64,000 nt of DNA from the human T2T-CHM13v2.0 reference genome, Homo sapiens. Position 1 is the stretch's first letter. The number at the start of each line of letters is the position of its first letter. The stretch lies in NCBI RefSeq assembly GCF_009914755.1, contig NC_060928.1. The stretch is one strand, 5' to 3'. The position numbers and the translations under genes were made by a program. Positions 19,600 to 42,227 of this stretch are shown piece by piece. The notes under the pieces are model-generated. The model ran no database searches, was not told the origin of the DNA, and saw only the letters and a program-made list of their open reading frames with translations.

Positions 19600-20877
19600 T
19601 CAACTTTATTAAAAGAGAAAGAAAAAGAGATGACAGGTACATCCCAAGTTCCAAGAATCCCCATGAGGTTAAAGGGGCATTTGTTTCATGTATAATCAAT
19701 CAGAGGCTGCCCCTCCTCTACTAATGGTGCCTTGGTGCCCTGTCTGCTCTAGCTGTGCCTTCAAGACTAATTCTGGCACACCTTGCCAGAGTGCTCCCTG
19801 AATGCCTTTTTCTCCTTAAAGAAGCCTGCAGGGAAAGGAGCTTTGGGCCCTGCTCCACGCTTCTGGGGAACCCCAGGTGTTCTCATGAGCACACCCAGGC
19901 CAAGGCTGGACCCTTTTTCAAGGGGCCAACCACTGCCGCCTCCCCATTTTCCCCTACCGACCATTCTGTACAGGCGCTGCTGCCTATTACAATGCCTTCT
20001 TTCAGGCTGGGGGCTCTCAGCCGTCTCTCTCTCTGCCGTCACTGCTCTTGGGGTTGTCTCCCACCTTGAGATGCTCTCTCCCCTTTGCAAGGAAGGAGCC
20101 ACAGAATCCTAAGATGAATGTTCCCTAACTTGCCCTTACGTGCCAGGGCTTATGCAACTACTGACCACCTCAGCCTCCCTGCTCCTGGGGGCCTTTCCTG
20201 TCCCCCAAGAGCATCAGTAAACTCTTCTGACTCTGGGTGGTGGGGGGTGATAGGACTGATTATACTTTCACAGCCGTAACTACTGCTATTATCTATCAGA
20301 GCTTTGTTCACTTTCAAGGTGCTTCCTGTAACATGCCAGCTGTAGCTCCCACTCTCTTAAGTGGGCTTCTTTCTTTCTGTGTGATTTTTGCTCTGCTTTT
20401 ATATCAGAGAGGTCATGTACACTGACTTTGGGACAAGAGGAGAACAAATTCTAGTAGTTCATCCAAAGTACCTGGAAAGTCTACCGCAATGTGCAGGAGA
20501 TATTGACTTCATTGTTATTTTCTGGGTGACACTATCCAACTCCCCTTGGCAATAGCTCCTCAACACTTCCCCATTTAACAATTCATGCCCACTATGTGTG
20601 GGCTTCACTTATCCTAGGGTTAGAAGACTATCTGTGTGCAAGCCTTGATGAATGAGCTATTTGAAGACAGCTAGTTACTTAGAAAGGCCTGAAAATGTTT
20701 CACTATTTTAAAGTAAATATTCCTAAAGTATTCTTTTGTAGTTCTGCCACCCTTGTTTGTTATTTCTGCCATTAAAATAGAGTGGCCAGGCACAGTGGCC
20801 CATGTCTGTAATCCCAGCACTTTGGGAGGCTGAGGCAGGCAGATCGCAAGGTCAGAAGATCAAGACCATCCTGGCTA

Positions 20878-21172
<295 letters not shown>

Positions 21173-21718
21173 TAGGCAAAAAGCCTAGGATGCAATTGTG
21201 ATGTAGAACAAGATTGACCTTAATATTTATCCTCCTTATGCCCTTATCATCCAGTTTGCTGGTTTCTGGAACCCTGATCATGAAGATAATATATTATCAA
21301 CTCATCCAGATTATGCTGCTAAGGTAGGGAGGGATACCATATAGACTTCTACTCATATGCCAACATTGACTAGCCTGCATAGGCTGCCAGCAGCACTGTG
21401 TTGAGGATTCCCTTTTTTTTTTTTTTGAGATAGAGTCTCACCCTGTCACCCAGGCTGGAGTTGTAGTTCACTGCAACCTCCACCTCCTGGGTTCAAGCGA
21501 TTCTGCTGCCTCAGCCTCCTGAGTAGCTGGGATTACAGGTGCCAGCCACTATGGCCAGCTAATTTTTGTATTTTTTTTTTAGTAGAGATTGGGTTTTACC
21601 ATGATGGTCAGGCTGGTCTCGAACTCCTGACCTCATGTGATCCACCTGCCTCAGTCTCCCAAAGTGCTGGGATTATAGGCATGAGCCACTGTGCTCGGCC
21701 TTTTTTTTTTTTTTTTGA

Positions 21719-22003
<285 letters not shown>

Positions 22004-22869
22004 TGAGGATTCTAAGGCTAATTCCAGACTCTGTGAGAAAGCATGCGATGATAGATTAGTAACACCTGCTGTCAACTGGCAGCATGCCTGGGAACTTGCC
22101 TAGAATTTGCCATCCCTGTGTTAAAAACTTAATATATTAGCTTTCTATAGGACATTTGCATGTTAAAAGAAGAATGTGAAGAAGACAACCATTTATTAAA
22201 AGACTGATGAAATATGGAGGCTCAGACATTGGTAGGTCAGTGGGATATATTAAATACATTTTGCAGGAGCCATAGAGATAGTTGAGGAAGGTGGAAGCAA
22301 CATCTGTTCCACAAGAAAGAATCAGCTTGAAAGTGTGCAGAGAGAAATTGCTTATCCTAGCCTTACTAACTACCATTTTATAGACCTAATATTAACTCAA
22401 AATTCTGGTTAAATGTATAAAATATGTCCAAGGTACTGTGATTTATTTTGTGATTTATTTAGTTTCTATTTAAAAAACAATTTTCCAGGCTTCGCATTGT
22501 GCCCTGGCTAAATTGTTTATTTTATTCTCCTTTGTCTGATGTGAGCCAAGATGCCTGGGAAGGCGGGCTTATAGAAGGCATGGAAGGTACTGTGTGTGAT
22601 TTTCCTACTGGACTGAGCACATCTTTGGTGCTCAACAAATAATAAACCACCTAAGTGCTGCCACGTACTTGGGAACCAGCTTTTTTCCCCAACAGAGTCT
22701 AAATGAGAAGCTCCTGGCTCAGCAGCACTGAGAACTAAATCCTTTCAGCACCTTAGTTGTTTATGTAATCCCAGCACTTTGGGAGGCCGAGGCGGGGAGA
22801 TCACTTGAGGTCAGCAGTTCAAGACCAGCCTGGCCAACATGGTGAAACCCTGTCTCTACTAGAAATTCA

Positions 22870-23118
<249 letters not shown>

Positions 23119-24265
23119 TTACAAGCATTTATTTAGTGTGTAAAACCACACTACCCTAAAAACTCTGTAGCAAATGCTCCTTTTGAAAGATTTTTCTGCA
23201 TGAGTAAGACTTGTTGCAACTTTTGAAAATATATGGTTTAGAAAGACAACTTTCCCTAATAAATCACCTGTGGCAAACAAAGGAATTCTTCACTCTTCCA
23301 AAGACCTCCAAACCACATTGAAAATGAAGGTCATCTGTCTCACACGTATTCATTGCCGATTTGATGTGCACAGATGCCTGTGAAAGTCTTTGAATAGAAA
23401 ACGCTTCTACAGTGTCGCCTTGCTCTTCCTTTTCAGAAAGAAATTCGCTGCCAAACTCCGTATTTGAGATCCTGGACCTTCCACGCTGCCCACATCAGGA
23501 GCTTTAGCCAGCAGCCTGGTCAGTGTTCTCAGGCCAATGCGATGTCATTAGGGCTTGGTCCAGTAATCCAGTGGTTTCTAGTATTAGCTTTAGTCACTTA
23601 GGGTGTACTTATTTCCAATATAGTGAAGGTCTTTAACGTGGGAGTCGAAAGCCCAAACCATTTCAAATCATGGGTGGAAAACACGCATGAAAATGGTTTA
23701 TAAAGTATAAACAACTTTGTAAACAGTATAGCCAAGCAAAGATAGAATGTTATATGCATTGCCTGAAGTAATGCATAAAGGCAGAAGTTTTAGCCAGAAT
23801 GAAAGGTTGTGAACTGGGGGAGGGACAGGGGGCGGCAGTGTTGAGGCAGAAAAGCTGGAGAAGAAGAGTGGGAACTTCCTCCTCAACTTGCTGCCCATAG
23901 AGAAGCACGCCCCTCTTCCTGATGGCTGTGGGAACTAGGTCAACCTGGACCGCTAAGTTTGAACCCTATCGTGGCAGCTTTTCAAATCCCTTTCCTGGAC
24001 TCCTACTCCAGAAGGCAAAATGGTTTCGGTTTGTCTTTATTTCCCATCTTTTCACCCAGGTCCTCAACTACATGCTAATCCCCGCCGGACCATCGTTCAG
24101 TTTTATTCACAGAAACGGTGCCTTCAAGAAATCAAAGCATAAGAGCCTTCGGAAGCAGCATGTAAGTGCAACGTAACTTTCCCGAGTTTGGTGACGATGA
24201 ATCGATGAATCGTAGACTGCAGGCTGAGCCGCCTGAGCTGGGAGCAGCAGCAGTTCTCAGGGAGC

Positions 24266-24283
24266 CACTGCCCCCTGGTGTCT
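24266..24283 (-). promoter_or_regulatory. Candidate CTCF site
   Basis: Reverse complement GACACCAGGGGGCAGTG, a near match to CCACCAGGGGGCR, in unique CpG-retaining DNA. Confidence 0.55.
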
Positions 24284-24974
24284 CCACACTGGCCAGGAAG
24301 CATTTTTGGTCATGATCTGTAAGAGATTATTGCTGGGCTCTTTCTGACTCGTGCCTTCATCTCATGGCTTTTAAAATCAGACCTTTCTTCCTCCTCTCCC
24401 CCACTCTGATTTTTAATAAGACCCATTTTATTATAATTAGCAAAATAGTGTATACTCCTTGAAGAAAATTTGAGTATGATTATTTAATTTCATTAATGTT
24501 TTAATGTATTTCCTCCCCCAATTTTTTTTCTTTCTACGTATAAGGAAATCTAATTTTACTTGGGGACAGAAGAAAAGCCACAAAAACTATGAAACCTAAT
24601 TTTATCATAAATGTCACATAAACACGATCCCCTGCACAGTAAGAAAACCAGTTTTTGAATCTGCTAGAATACTAAGAAACAGAGTTGATGTTTCTCTCTT
24701 AAACAATATAAAACATAAAGGATAGCACTTTAGATCATAGGCCCTCATAAAATGTGCCTGTAGTTTCAATACTATGGATTAAGAATACTGGAGCGGGTTT
24801 TGGCCGGGCTCGGTGGCTCACGCCTGTAATCCCAGCACTTTGGGAGGCCAAGGCGGGCAGATCACGAGGTCAGGAGTTCGAGACCAGTCTGGCCAATATG
24901 GTGAAACTCCGTCTCTACTAAAATACAAAAAGTAGGCGGGCATGGTGGTGCGCGCCTGTAATCCCAGCTACTCA

Positions 24975-25313
<339 letters not shown>

Positions 25314-26279
25314 TTACAGCCTGGGCGACAGAATGAGACTCCGTCTCGAAAAAAAAAATACTGCAGTGAATGCAACTATAGACACTCATTAAATTAAATA
25401 TTATCTCATTTTCAACACAGAAAAATAAAACTCCCTGCTTTAAAGAGAGAATGTGTCAATTATGTAATTTGGCAGTCTAAATGGTCCCGTTATTGGCAAC
25501 TGCTTTCACATGTGATTGATCATATTGCTAAATATTGTGTAGGTATGTTGCTTCCTCTCACCATGGAGAATATAGAAACAGAGGCTTAGATCTGGGTATT
25601 ATAGAAGGAGGTGAGAACGAGGTCTTTGCTTCCCCAAGTTCCTTTTCTTCTGTATTTTATTCATTGTGTGTGTCAGTTAAATGCTTATACAATACAATAT
25701 AAACATAGTTGTATGATGTCAGAGAGTAACTGTGGATGAGAACTGGAATGGGGTAGAAGGAAGCTTAATGGTTTCAATATTTTGTCTGATGCTTTATTTT
25801 CTTTGAAGACCCTGCGACTAAGAGAGGACATTTCAGTATGAGCCGGAATTTGATCTCAACTAGGAGTTTAGAGAGGGACAGGTGAAAGAAGCCCTGGAAC
25901 ATGGGTTCTCAATTTTTTTTATGCTGAGATCACTTTAATTCTATGGGAAGAAAACTCCATGGCTGGATGTGGTGGCTCACTTCTGTAACCCCAGCATTTC
26001 AGGAAGCCAAGGTGGAAACCTCATTTGAGCCCAGGAGTTTGAGACCAGCCTGGGCAACATAGTGAGACTCCCATGTCTATTATTTAAAAATAAAAATAAA
26101 AAAGGCCAGGTGCAGTGGCTCACGCCTGTAATCCCAACAATCTGGGAGGCCGAGGCAGGCAGATCACTTGAGGTCAGGAGTTCGAGACCAGCCTGGCCAA
26201 CGTGGTGAAACCCCATCTCTACTAAAAATACAAAAATTAGCTGGGCGTGGTGGCGCGTGCCTGTAGTCCCAGCTACTCA

Positions 26280-26384
<105 letters not shown>

Positions 26385-26424
26385 TCAAAATAAATAAATA
26401 ATAAAGACAAATAAAACAAAATGC

Positions 26425-27028
26425 TTTTTTTGTTGTTTTTATTTTTTTAATTATACTTTAAGTTCTGGGTTACATGTGCAGAACGTGCAGTTTTGTTACA
26501 TAGGCATACACGTGCCATGGTGGTTTGCTGCACCCAACAACCTGTCACCTACATTAGGTATTCCTCCTAATGCTATCCCTCCCCTAGCCCCCCACCCCCT
26601 GACAGGCCCCAGTGTGTGATGTTTCCCTCCCTGTGTCCATGTGTTCTCCTTGTTCAACTTCCACTTATGAGTAAGAACATGTGGTGTTTGGTTTTCTGTT
26701 CTTGTGATAGTTTGCTGAGAATGATGGTTTCCAGCTTCATCCATGTCCCTGCAAAGGACATGAACTCATCCTTTTTTATGGCTGCATAGTATTCCATGGT
26801 GTATATGTGCCACATTTTCTTTATCCATTCTGTCATTGATGGACATTTGGGTTCCAAGTCTTCGCTATTGTGAATAGTGCCACAATAAACATACATGTGC
26901 ATGTGTCTTTATAGTAGAATGATTTATCATCCTTTGGATATACCCAGTAATGGGACTGCTGGGTCAAATTGTATTTCTAGTTTTAGATCCTTGAGGAATC
27001 CCCACACTGTCTTCCACAATGGCTGAAC
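26425..27028 (-). mobile_element. 5'-truncated L1PA 3' end
   Basis: T-tail followed by ttatactttaagttctgggttacatgtgcagaacgtgcag; the ORF 26654-26902 translation matches the L1 ORF2p C-terminus (WIKKMWHIYTMEYYAAIKKDEFMSFAGTWMKLETIILSKLSQEQKTKHHMF). Confidence 0.92.
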
Positions 27029-27355
27029 TTTCTTCACATCCACAAAGTGCTTTCTTAAAAACAAATAGTGTTGGCCAGGTGCGGCATGTCACGCCTGTAA
27101 TCCCAGCACTTTGGGAGGATGAGATGGGAGGATCGCTTGAGCCCAGGAGTTCAAGACCAGCCTGGGCAATATAGCAAGACCCTGTCTCTACGAAAAAAAA
27201 GTTAAAAAGTGTTAGCTGGGCATGGTGGTGCATGCGTGTAGTTCAAGCTACTTGGAAAGCTGAGGCAGGAGGACTGCTTGAGCCTGGGAAGTCAAGGCTG
27301 CAGTGAGCTGTAATCTTCACTCCAGCCTGGGTGACAAAGTAAGACCACGTCTGAA

Positions 27356-27356
<1 letters not shown>

Positions 27357-27394
<38 letters not shown>
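27357..27394 (+). repeat. (CA)n microsatellite
   Basis: Read directly from the sequence. Confidence 0.95.
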
Positions 27395-27396
<2 letters not shown>

Positions 27397-28202
27397 GTTC
27401 AGCAAATAAATGTTCAATAAACTAAGACATAGGTCCCCTTTTTTTGAGGTTTATGGCCTGGGTGAGCTCACCTCCAAGACATAGTGAGGAAGTGGCTCCC
27501 CTGAAGGTTGAATGAGAGTGATTTATATCTAACTGTTGCCACCTGCTTTGCTGCCTGAAGCTCAGCTTCTCCTTTTGTCCAAAATACTCTTGCCATTGTA
27601 AATCTAGCCACAGAATGCAGAAGCCATCAGAATGAAACTGACTTCAGTAAGCCCGCCCACGAGTACTTATTAGGTTTTTATTGTGTGACAGGCACTGTGC
27701 CAAGTGCTGGGAATTCAGTAGGGAACACAACAAATACTGGTTTTAACCTCATGGAACTTAAAAGTCTACAGCAGACATCAGATTCTTGGTTTTCAGAAGT
27801 GAGAGTTGTTCTGCTTTTCAGAGAAAAAAGAATGATCCTATAAGTTCTGCATGTACAGGAGCTAAGGGTCATTTGTCATTGTATACCCCATGCTCATCAC
27901 ATGGTAGATATCTGTAAGTGTGTACGACATAAATGAGTGAATGATCAGACGTAAAGATTTTTTGTCATTAAAAAAATCTAAGGCAGGGCCGGGTGCTGTG
28001 GCACATGCCTGTAATCCCAGAGCTTTGGGAGGCCAAGGCAGGTGGACTGCTTGAGCTCAGGAGTTCAAGACCAGCCTGGGCAACATGGCCAGGCCTCATC
28101 TCTACAAAAATTAAGAATAATTTTTAAAATTAAAAAAAGGGCCGGGCACGGTGGCTCACATCTGTAATCCCAGCACTTTGGGAGGTTGAAGGGGGTGGAT
28201 CA

Positions 28203-28436
<234 letters not shown>

Positions 28437-28841
28437 TTAAATAACAAAGAAGAATCTAAACCAGTTTAAGGTATGCTCCTGGAACTGTTCAAAATCTTCT
28501 GGGCATGAAGCATTGTTATCTTTTTCAGAGTAACATAGGAAAAAATGAAATTCACTGTTGGGCAAGTCAAAACGTTGTTTTCTTTGTGGTGTGTGGGATT
28601 TCTGGTTTGAGTTATCTTGCCTGTTCTTGCAGGAAGGAAATTCATGGAGGTTAGTGGTTTTGTTGTCATTATTTTGTGAGCTTCCTAAGCTGTATTTTCA
28701 TGTCCTCAACCAACAAATATGCACTGTGCTAGGTGCTATTCTGGGCACTGAAAATACCATGATGAGCAAGACTTAGAGGATCTCCATCCTTGGGCAGCTT
28801 CTATTCTAGAACTCTCCATAGACTGTTGAACTTTCTTCTCA

Positions 28842-29239
<398 letters not shown>

Positions 29240-29253
29240 TCACCTGAGGTCTA

Positions 29254-29508
<255 letters not shown>

Positions 29509-29746
29509 CTAACTGAGCAGATTCGGGGCAGCACTACTTCTTTAACTCAACGGTATTAGAAAGAAGAACTAGGCACTCATTTGTCACAGAGGATGTAGAT
29601 AGGTACACGCTTTTCAAAAATATTTTGAAATCTCTTTCAATGTTTTAAATTTGTGTATCTTCTGACCAAGTAATGCCAATCTTATGCATTTGTCCTACAG
29701 AATGTGCACAAAGAAGGAAGGGCATGAGTACAAAGACATAAGTTTA

Positions 29747-30044
29747 GCCAGGCATGGTGTCACATGTCTGTAGTCCCAGCTACTCCGGAGGCTGAGGTGG
29801 GAGGATCGTTTTGAGTCCAGGAGTTCTGGGCTGTAGTGTGCTATCCCTATGGGTGTCCACACTAAGTTTGGCATCAATATGGTGACCTCCTGGGAGCAGG
29901 GGACCACCAGGTTGCCTAAGAAGGGGTGAACCGGCCCAGGTTGGAAACAGGGCAGGTCAAAATCCCGGTGCTGATGAGTAGCAGGATCTCACCTGTGAAC
30001 AGCTACTGCACTCCAGCCTGGGCAATATAGTGAGACCCATCTCT
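29747..30044 (+). pseudogene. 7SL (SRP) RNA retrocopy (RN7SL-type pseudogene)
   Basis: Full 7SL layout including ggcatcaatatggtgacctcc..ggggaccaccaggttgcctaag..ggggtgaaccggcccagg; TSD aaagacataa at about 29732 and 30406. Confidence 0.93.
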
Positions 30045-30254
30045 ATTAAAAGAAAATTTTTCACTTTTTAAAAAATAAATAGGCCAGGTGCGGTGGCTCA
30101 CACCTATAATCACTACACTTTGGGAGGCCGAGGCGGGTGAATCACCTGAGGTCAGGAGTTCAAGACCAGCAAGGCCAACATGATGAAACCCCATCTCTAC
30201 TAAAAATACAAAAAATTAGCTGGGCATCATGGCGCATGCCTGTAATCCCAGCTA

Positions 30255-30497
<243 letters not shown>

Positions 30498-30892
30498 CTA
30501 TATAACAGAATACTATGCAAGTGTTTTCAATGATGTAGATCTATATGTATAGATTTGGAAAAACATCCATGAAATATTAAGTCAAAAGAGCAAACTGTTT
30601 TTGCAAAAAAAGGTATAGTTTTCTATAATACAGCCAACATTTCAAGTGTCCTAAGCACCTTACATGCATTATCTTAAGTAGATACTATTATCTTCCTCAC
30701 TTTATAAATGAGGAAACTGAGTTAAGCAGTAATTTGGTCAGTGAATGCAGATATCTGGCTTTGAACCAGTGTGCTTAGTCACTTCACTATATCAAGGAAG
30801 TAATTAATTCCCCTTTTAGCTTAGGCTAGTTTGAGTTGGGATTTCCCACTTTCAATCAAGAGAATCCTAATAAATAATCCAGATATAGGTCA

Positions 30893-31327
<435 letters not shown>

Positions 31328-31645
31328 TTACAGGACTTGTGTGTGCACATGTGTAATTTTGTATACACGTGTACTTAGAGAAAAAGACATTTCAAAACAG
31401 TTTTGGGTGCCTCTGGAGGCTAGGATGGGCAAGACTTTCACTCTATTTTTATATACTTCTGTATCTATTTTTTTTTCATTTATTTATTTATTTAATAGAG
31501 ACGGGGTCTTCTGTGTTGCCCAGGCTGATCTCGAACTTCTGGCCTCAAATGATCCTCTTGCCTCAGCCTCCCAAAGTGCTGGCATTACAGGGGTGAGCCC
31601 CTGCACCCGGTCTGTATTTTTCAATTTTCCAAAAAGTATATATGA

Positions 31646-31882
<237 letters not shown>

Positions 31883-32377
31883 TGATCTGCCTGCCTTGGC
31901 CTTCCAAAGTGCTGGGATTACAGGCAAGAGCCACCATGCAGGCCCAGGCTCAGTTCTATCACCTTAGGCAAATGTGTTTGCCTTTGTGGGCCTGTTTTCT
32001 CCTCTCTAGGAGGGGTGTCTGAAACAATAGTAGCACCTATTTCAGTGGCTTCTATATGTCAAGCACTATGCTAAACAGTTTCCTCATCATAGCTCCAGGA
32101 GCTAAACATCAACCCCATTTTCAGATACAAAAACTGAAACACAAGTGTTGGAATCAGAATGAACTCATATTTAGCTCACCCCCAAAAGCCATGTTCTCCC
32201 CACGATACCACTCTCCCAGCCACCTCTTGCCTCGCGTCTCACCATTTCCTGGTGCTGGAATGTACTTAAACCTAGGCCTTATGACTAAAATTCTCTACCT
32301 GGAAAACTCTATCATTCTAAATTCCTGGTCACTTATATTATTGTTATAAAATGTTTATACTGTATCAAACTCTAAAA

Positions 32378-32575
32378 CAGGGTGTCTCAACCTTAGCACT
32401 ACTGACATTTGGATTGGAAAATTCCTTGCTGTTGGGGGCTGACCTATGCAATGTAGGATGTTTAGAAGCATTCCTAGGTAGCACCCCACACCTCAGCAGT
32501 TATACCAAACATGCCTCCAGACATACTGCCAAATGTCCCCTTGGGGAAAATCACCCTGGATTGAGAACCACTGCT
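32378..32575. mobile_element. MER20 hAT transposon
   Basis: ctcaaccttagcactactgacatttgg...tgccaaatgtcccct..ttgagaaccactg. Confidence 0.8.
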
Positions 32576-32883
32576 CTGAAAGAAAGAAAAAGCCAAACTC
32601 CTGTATGAACTCAGAATGAAAACTGTATTGAAAGGAAATTTTGAATCTAATAAATATTTGTACCTCCATGATTCTTTAACTTTACGAGTTTGGGTTAATG
32701 TTAACGCCAAGTATCTTACAATTATTGGCCATGTGCAGAACACTGTACCAACTACACATAATTACCCGAGAATTAGGGAAAGAAGGAGTTAGGATAAATT
32801 TTGCCCTCTCAACAATAACTCCACTTCACACCTACTGAAATTCATCCACGCCTGAGAGGAACAGGGCCATGTGAGGCCGCTGA

Positions 32884-33735
<852 letters not shown>

Positions 33736-33769
33736 ATGAGAATGGTATTTTCAACAGAGAACAGTAGGA

Positions 33770-34049
33770 ACTGAATTCAATGCTGATTTTATTTCAACTA
33801 AATAAAGCAATGCACAAGTCACCTGGGCAGTAAGCTTAACTCCAGGAGCAAAAGCCAAGAAACAAGGATTCTTTTTTTCTTTAAATTATCCATCACTACA
33901 CATGGCTGTCTTCCATACCTGCTCTCAGAAAATGTGTGTTAACAAATCTCATGTAAAGAAACACAGGAAAAGAGAAAAAGGGGAAATGCAATTTATCTAG
34001 TCTGCCAGTGAAGGTGGTCTCTCCATCTTCTTTTCTGTAAACTGCTCCA
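33770..34049 (-). other. SPINK2: SPINK2 3' UTR (3' end approximate)
   Basis: Unique sequence between the stop codon and the AATAAA signal; cleavage inferred about 20 nt past the signal. Confidence 0.75.
33788..33793 (-). terminator. Polyadenylation signal AATAAA of SPINK2
   Basis: tttatt on + strand about 260 nt downstream of the stop codon. Confidence 0.8.
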
Positions 34050-34095
34050 TCAGCAGGGTCCATTTCGAATGATTTTAATATTATGACCACCTTCC
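34050..34095 (-). CDS. SPINK2: SPINK2 exon 4 coding part (EGGHNIKIIRNGPC-stop, 46 nt)
   Basis: Acceptor TTTGCAG| before 34095; sixth Cys then TGA at 34052-34050; total CDS 55+44+110+46=255 nt = 84 aa + stop. Confidence 0.97.
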
Positions 34096-34324
34096 CTGCA
34101 AATTGAACAATCATAGAAATACATTTATTACCTACCATACTGAAACTGTCTCATTATTTGTGTTAAAAAGACCCATGTAGATAGATATATATTAGATTCC
34201 TTCCACAGCTACACTTATTTAATCATTTTTTAAGCTAAATCTAGGAAACAAAGAGGGTGAAAGTCCCCACTCTGTCATTTTTTTCCCTAACGCTAGGGCA
34301 CAGGACACTAACCCCAAAGAATCA

Positions 34325-34483
<159 letters not shown>

Positions 34484-35252
34484 TCACGCCTGTAATCCCA
34501 GCACTTTGGGAGGCTGAAGTGGGTGGATCACCTGATCACCTGAGGTCAGGGGTTTGAGACCAGCCTGACCAATATGGTAAAACCCCATCTCTAACAAAAA
34601 TACAAAAATTAGCCAGGTGTGGTGGCACATGCCTGTAATCCCAGCTACTTGGAAGGCTGAGTCAGGAGAATCGCTTGAACCTGGGAGGCAGAGGTTGCAG
34701 TGAGTCGGGCGACAAGTGAGACTCAGTCTCAAAAAAAAAAAAAAGAATCAGAGAAGACCGACTAAGGTCAAATAATGAATCCCTGCTATATACAAAGCTG
34801 CATACCTGAAGGAGCAGTGACAGTCACCTGGTCAGGTGTGCTACATGAAGCATATCAAGTATCATACACTCATTACTTAGCATTCTAGACTAAGCAGAGT
34901 CAGTAAGTCCCACTTCCCGACTACTAATACAGGGTGTGCAGACCACCTACACATGCCCTTTGAATTAAAAATAAAATTTAATACTCCACAGAGTTTAACT
35001 ATTAAATAGACTCTTAATTTTAGGAAATTTCACATTTGTGGGCAATAACATAATTTGATTACCTGGCCTATAGTTGACTAATCACACATATCATTGTTTA
35101 ACTTGACCTGAAAAATGCACTGAGGATTTTGCATCTCTTTAAGCATGACCCTGAAAACTGAGAACTACCATACCACCTTTGATTCTTACATCCAAGAAAA
35201 TTGTCACTACCCCCTAAGTAATCAAAATTCAACAAAAGAAATGAAGAGGTCA

Positions 35253-35572
<320 letters not shown>

Positions 35573-35595
35573 CTACAGCTGTAAAATCATGTTAC

Positions 35596-35705
35596 CTGAT
35601 TTTCATGCACAGAGTACATTCATTGGCATAAGTGGACATGTCACTGCCACACACAGGGTTAAAGTGTCTGGGACATCCTGGTAATCTATACTGAGAGCAG
35701 TTTGG
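35596..35705 (-). CDS. SPINK2: SPINK2 exon 3 (Kazal core [37 protein letters not shown], 110 nt)
   Basis: Polypyrimidine tract plus CCAG acceptor, donor CAG|GTAACA; five Kazal cysteines, PVCGSD..TY.NEC motif, P1 Arg (CPR-H) consistent with trypsin-like/acrosin targets. Confidence 0.98.
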
Positions 35706-35817
35706 CTGGAAAAAAGAAAGAGAGAAATTCGAGAATGACTTGAGACACACTCATATAAAATAGTTCAGAGGAGAAAATGTCCCAGATCTCCCTAGATTTC
35801 CTAGAATCATTTAATAA

Positions 35818-35970
<153 letters not shown>

Positions 35971-36131
35971 TAATTTTTGTATTTTTAGTAGAGACAGGGT
36001 TTCACCATGTTGACCAAGCTGGTCTCGAACTTCTGACGTCATGATCCACCCGCCTTGGCCTCCCAAAGTGCTAGGATTACAGGCGTGAGCCACTGCGCCT
36101 GGCAAAAAAAAATTTTCTAATGCAAAAATCA

Positions 36132-36533
<402 letters not shown>

Positions 36534-36938
36534 TTAAATGCAAGTCTAAGACATGCCACCACACCTACTTTTTTATTATCTAGCTTCATAATTTGCACTT
36601 CACTAAAATCTCCATGTGGATGTTTATTAAATTCCACCTTAATCCCTTGCCTTAATGCCAAGACAAAATCAGGAATCTAATCTTTCAATCTGAACTTTTA
36701 AGGCACTGACATTTAACCAAAAACATTAAAGAAAGCAGGAAATTGAGAATTGAAGCAAATTTGTGCCAAAGGAAAAATGTTCAAAACAGGTTCATCATCT
36801 ATGGAGACTCCAAATTTCACCGCACAAGATACTAACTACAGGAAGAGAGTTCAATCTGGGCAGACATTGCCCCAAAACTTCCTCTCCGCTCTCTGGAAGA
36901 GGACCACTGCACATTTATTATTCCTTAATGTCATTTTA

Positions 36939-37308
<370 letters not shown>

Positions 37309-37314
37309 CTAGAG

Positions 37315-38267
<953 letters not shown>

Positions 38268-38684
38268 CTCTAAAGCTTTTTTCCTGAAAGGTTCTTATAC
38301 CGTTTACTGGTATAATCACTCATTTACAGATGTTACGGGAGACACAAAGACAAAGAAAAGTTGGATCCTGCCTATAAGAAGCTTAGGGTCGAATAAGGCA
38401 ATTGAGAAATACACATGCTGGTCTTGAAGAAAGGGTAAAATTTAATATAGAAGGCTGGGAGAATGTCTACCGCAAGGAAATAAAATTGATCAAGCAAAGG
38501 CACAGTGGCAAGAGAAGTGGTTGGCATTGGAGTTAACAGTTTAAAGGAATCTCCAAAACTCTTTTATGATTTTTTTTAAAAAAAAGAGGTGGCCAGGCGC
38601 GGTGGCTCATGCCTGTAATCCCAGCACTTTGGGAGGCCGAGGCAGGTGGATCACGAGGTCAGGAAATCGAGACCATCCTGGCTA

Positions 38685-38993
<309 letters not shown>

Positions 38994-39024
38994 TCAAAAA
39001 ACAAACAAACAAACAAACAAAAAA

Positions 39025-41483
<2,459 letters not shown>

Positions 41484-41484
41484 A

Positions 41485-41864
<380 letters not shown>

Positions 41865-42132
41865 TTAGACTTTCTCTGTGGGCAATGAGAAGTCCTTGAA
41901 GATTTTGCACAGAGACATGCTACATTCAGTTGAGGTTTTAGAGACTAATTGAAGCAGCAGTGTGTAGCAGGAAGTGGAAAGTGAAGATACCAAAAGGATG
42001 GGGAAAACCCATTGAAAAGCCACTATGCTAATCTAGGTAAGAGATAATGGGGGTCCTAAATTAGAGCAGTGGCAATGGAAATAAGGAAGAAAAACCAAAG
42101 ATCAATCTCTCTGTCTCTCTCCCTTTTTTCTT

Positions 42133-42227
42133 AAGACTGGTCAAGCGAAGCAGTGGAATAGAAAAGGAACAGAGAAATCTGTGGTTGTGATCAATTAGTT
42201 GTAAACACCACTGCACAAAAACCAGCC
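42133..42227 (-). pseudogene. Y RNA (RNY3-derived) retrocopy in SPINK2 intron 2
   Basis: Reverse complement GGCTGGT..GTGCAGTGGTGTTTACAACTAATTGATCACAACC..CAGATTTC matches hY3; TSD aaaccaaagatc at 42092-42103 and 42228-42239. Confidence 0.92.

Noticed and set aside
26496-26902. ORFs resembling a retroelement protein
   Set aside because: Remnant of the L1 ORF2 C-terminus and 3' UTR in a truncated element
34520-34545. Short tandem duplications inside Alus (also about 10450, 36430, 59425)
   Set aside because: Ordinary slippage events with no functional indication
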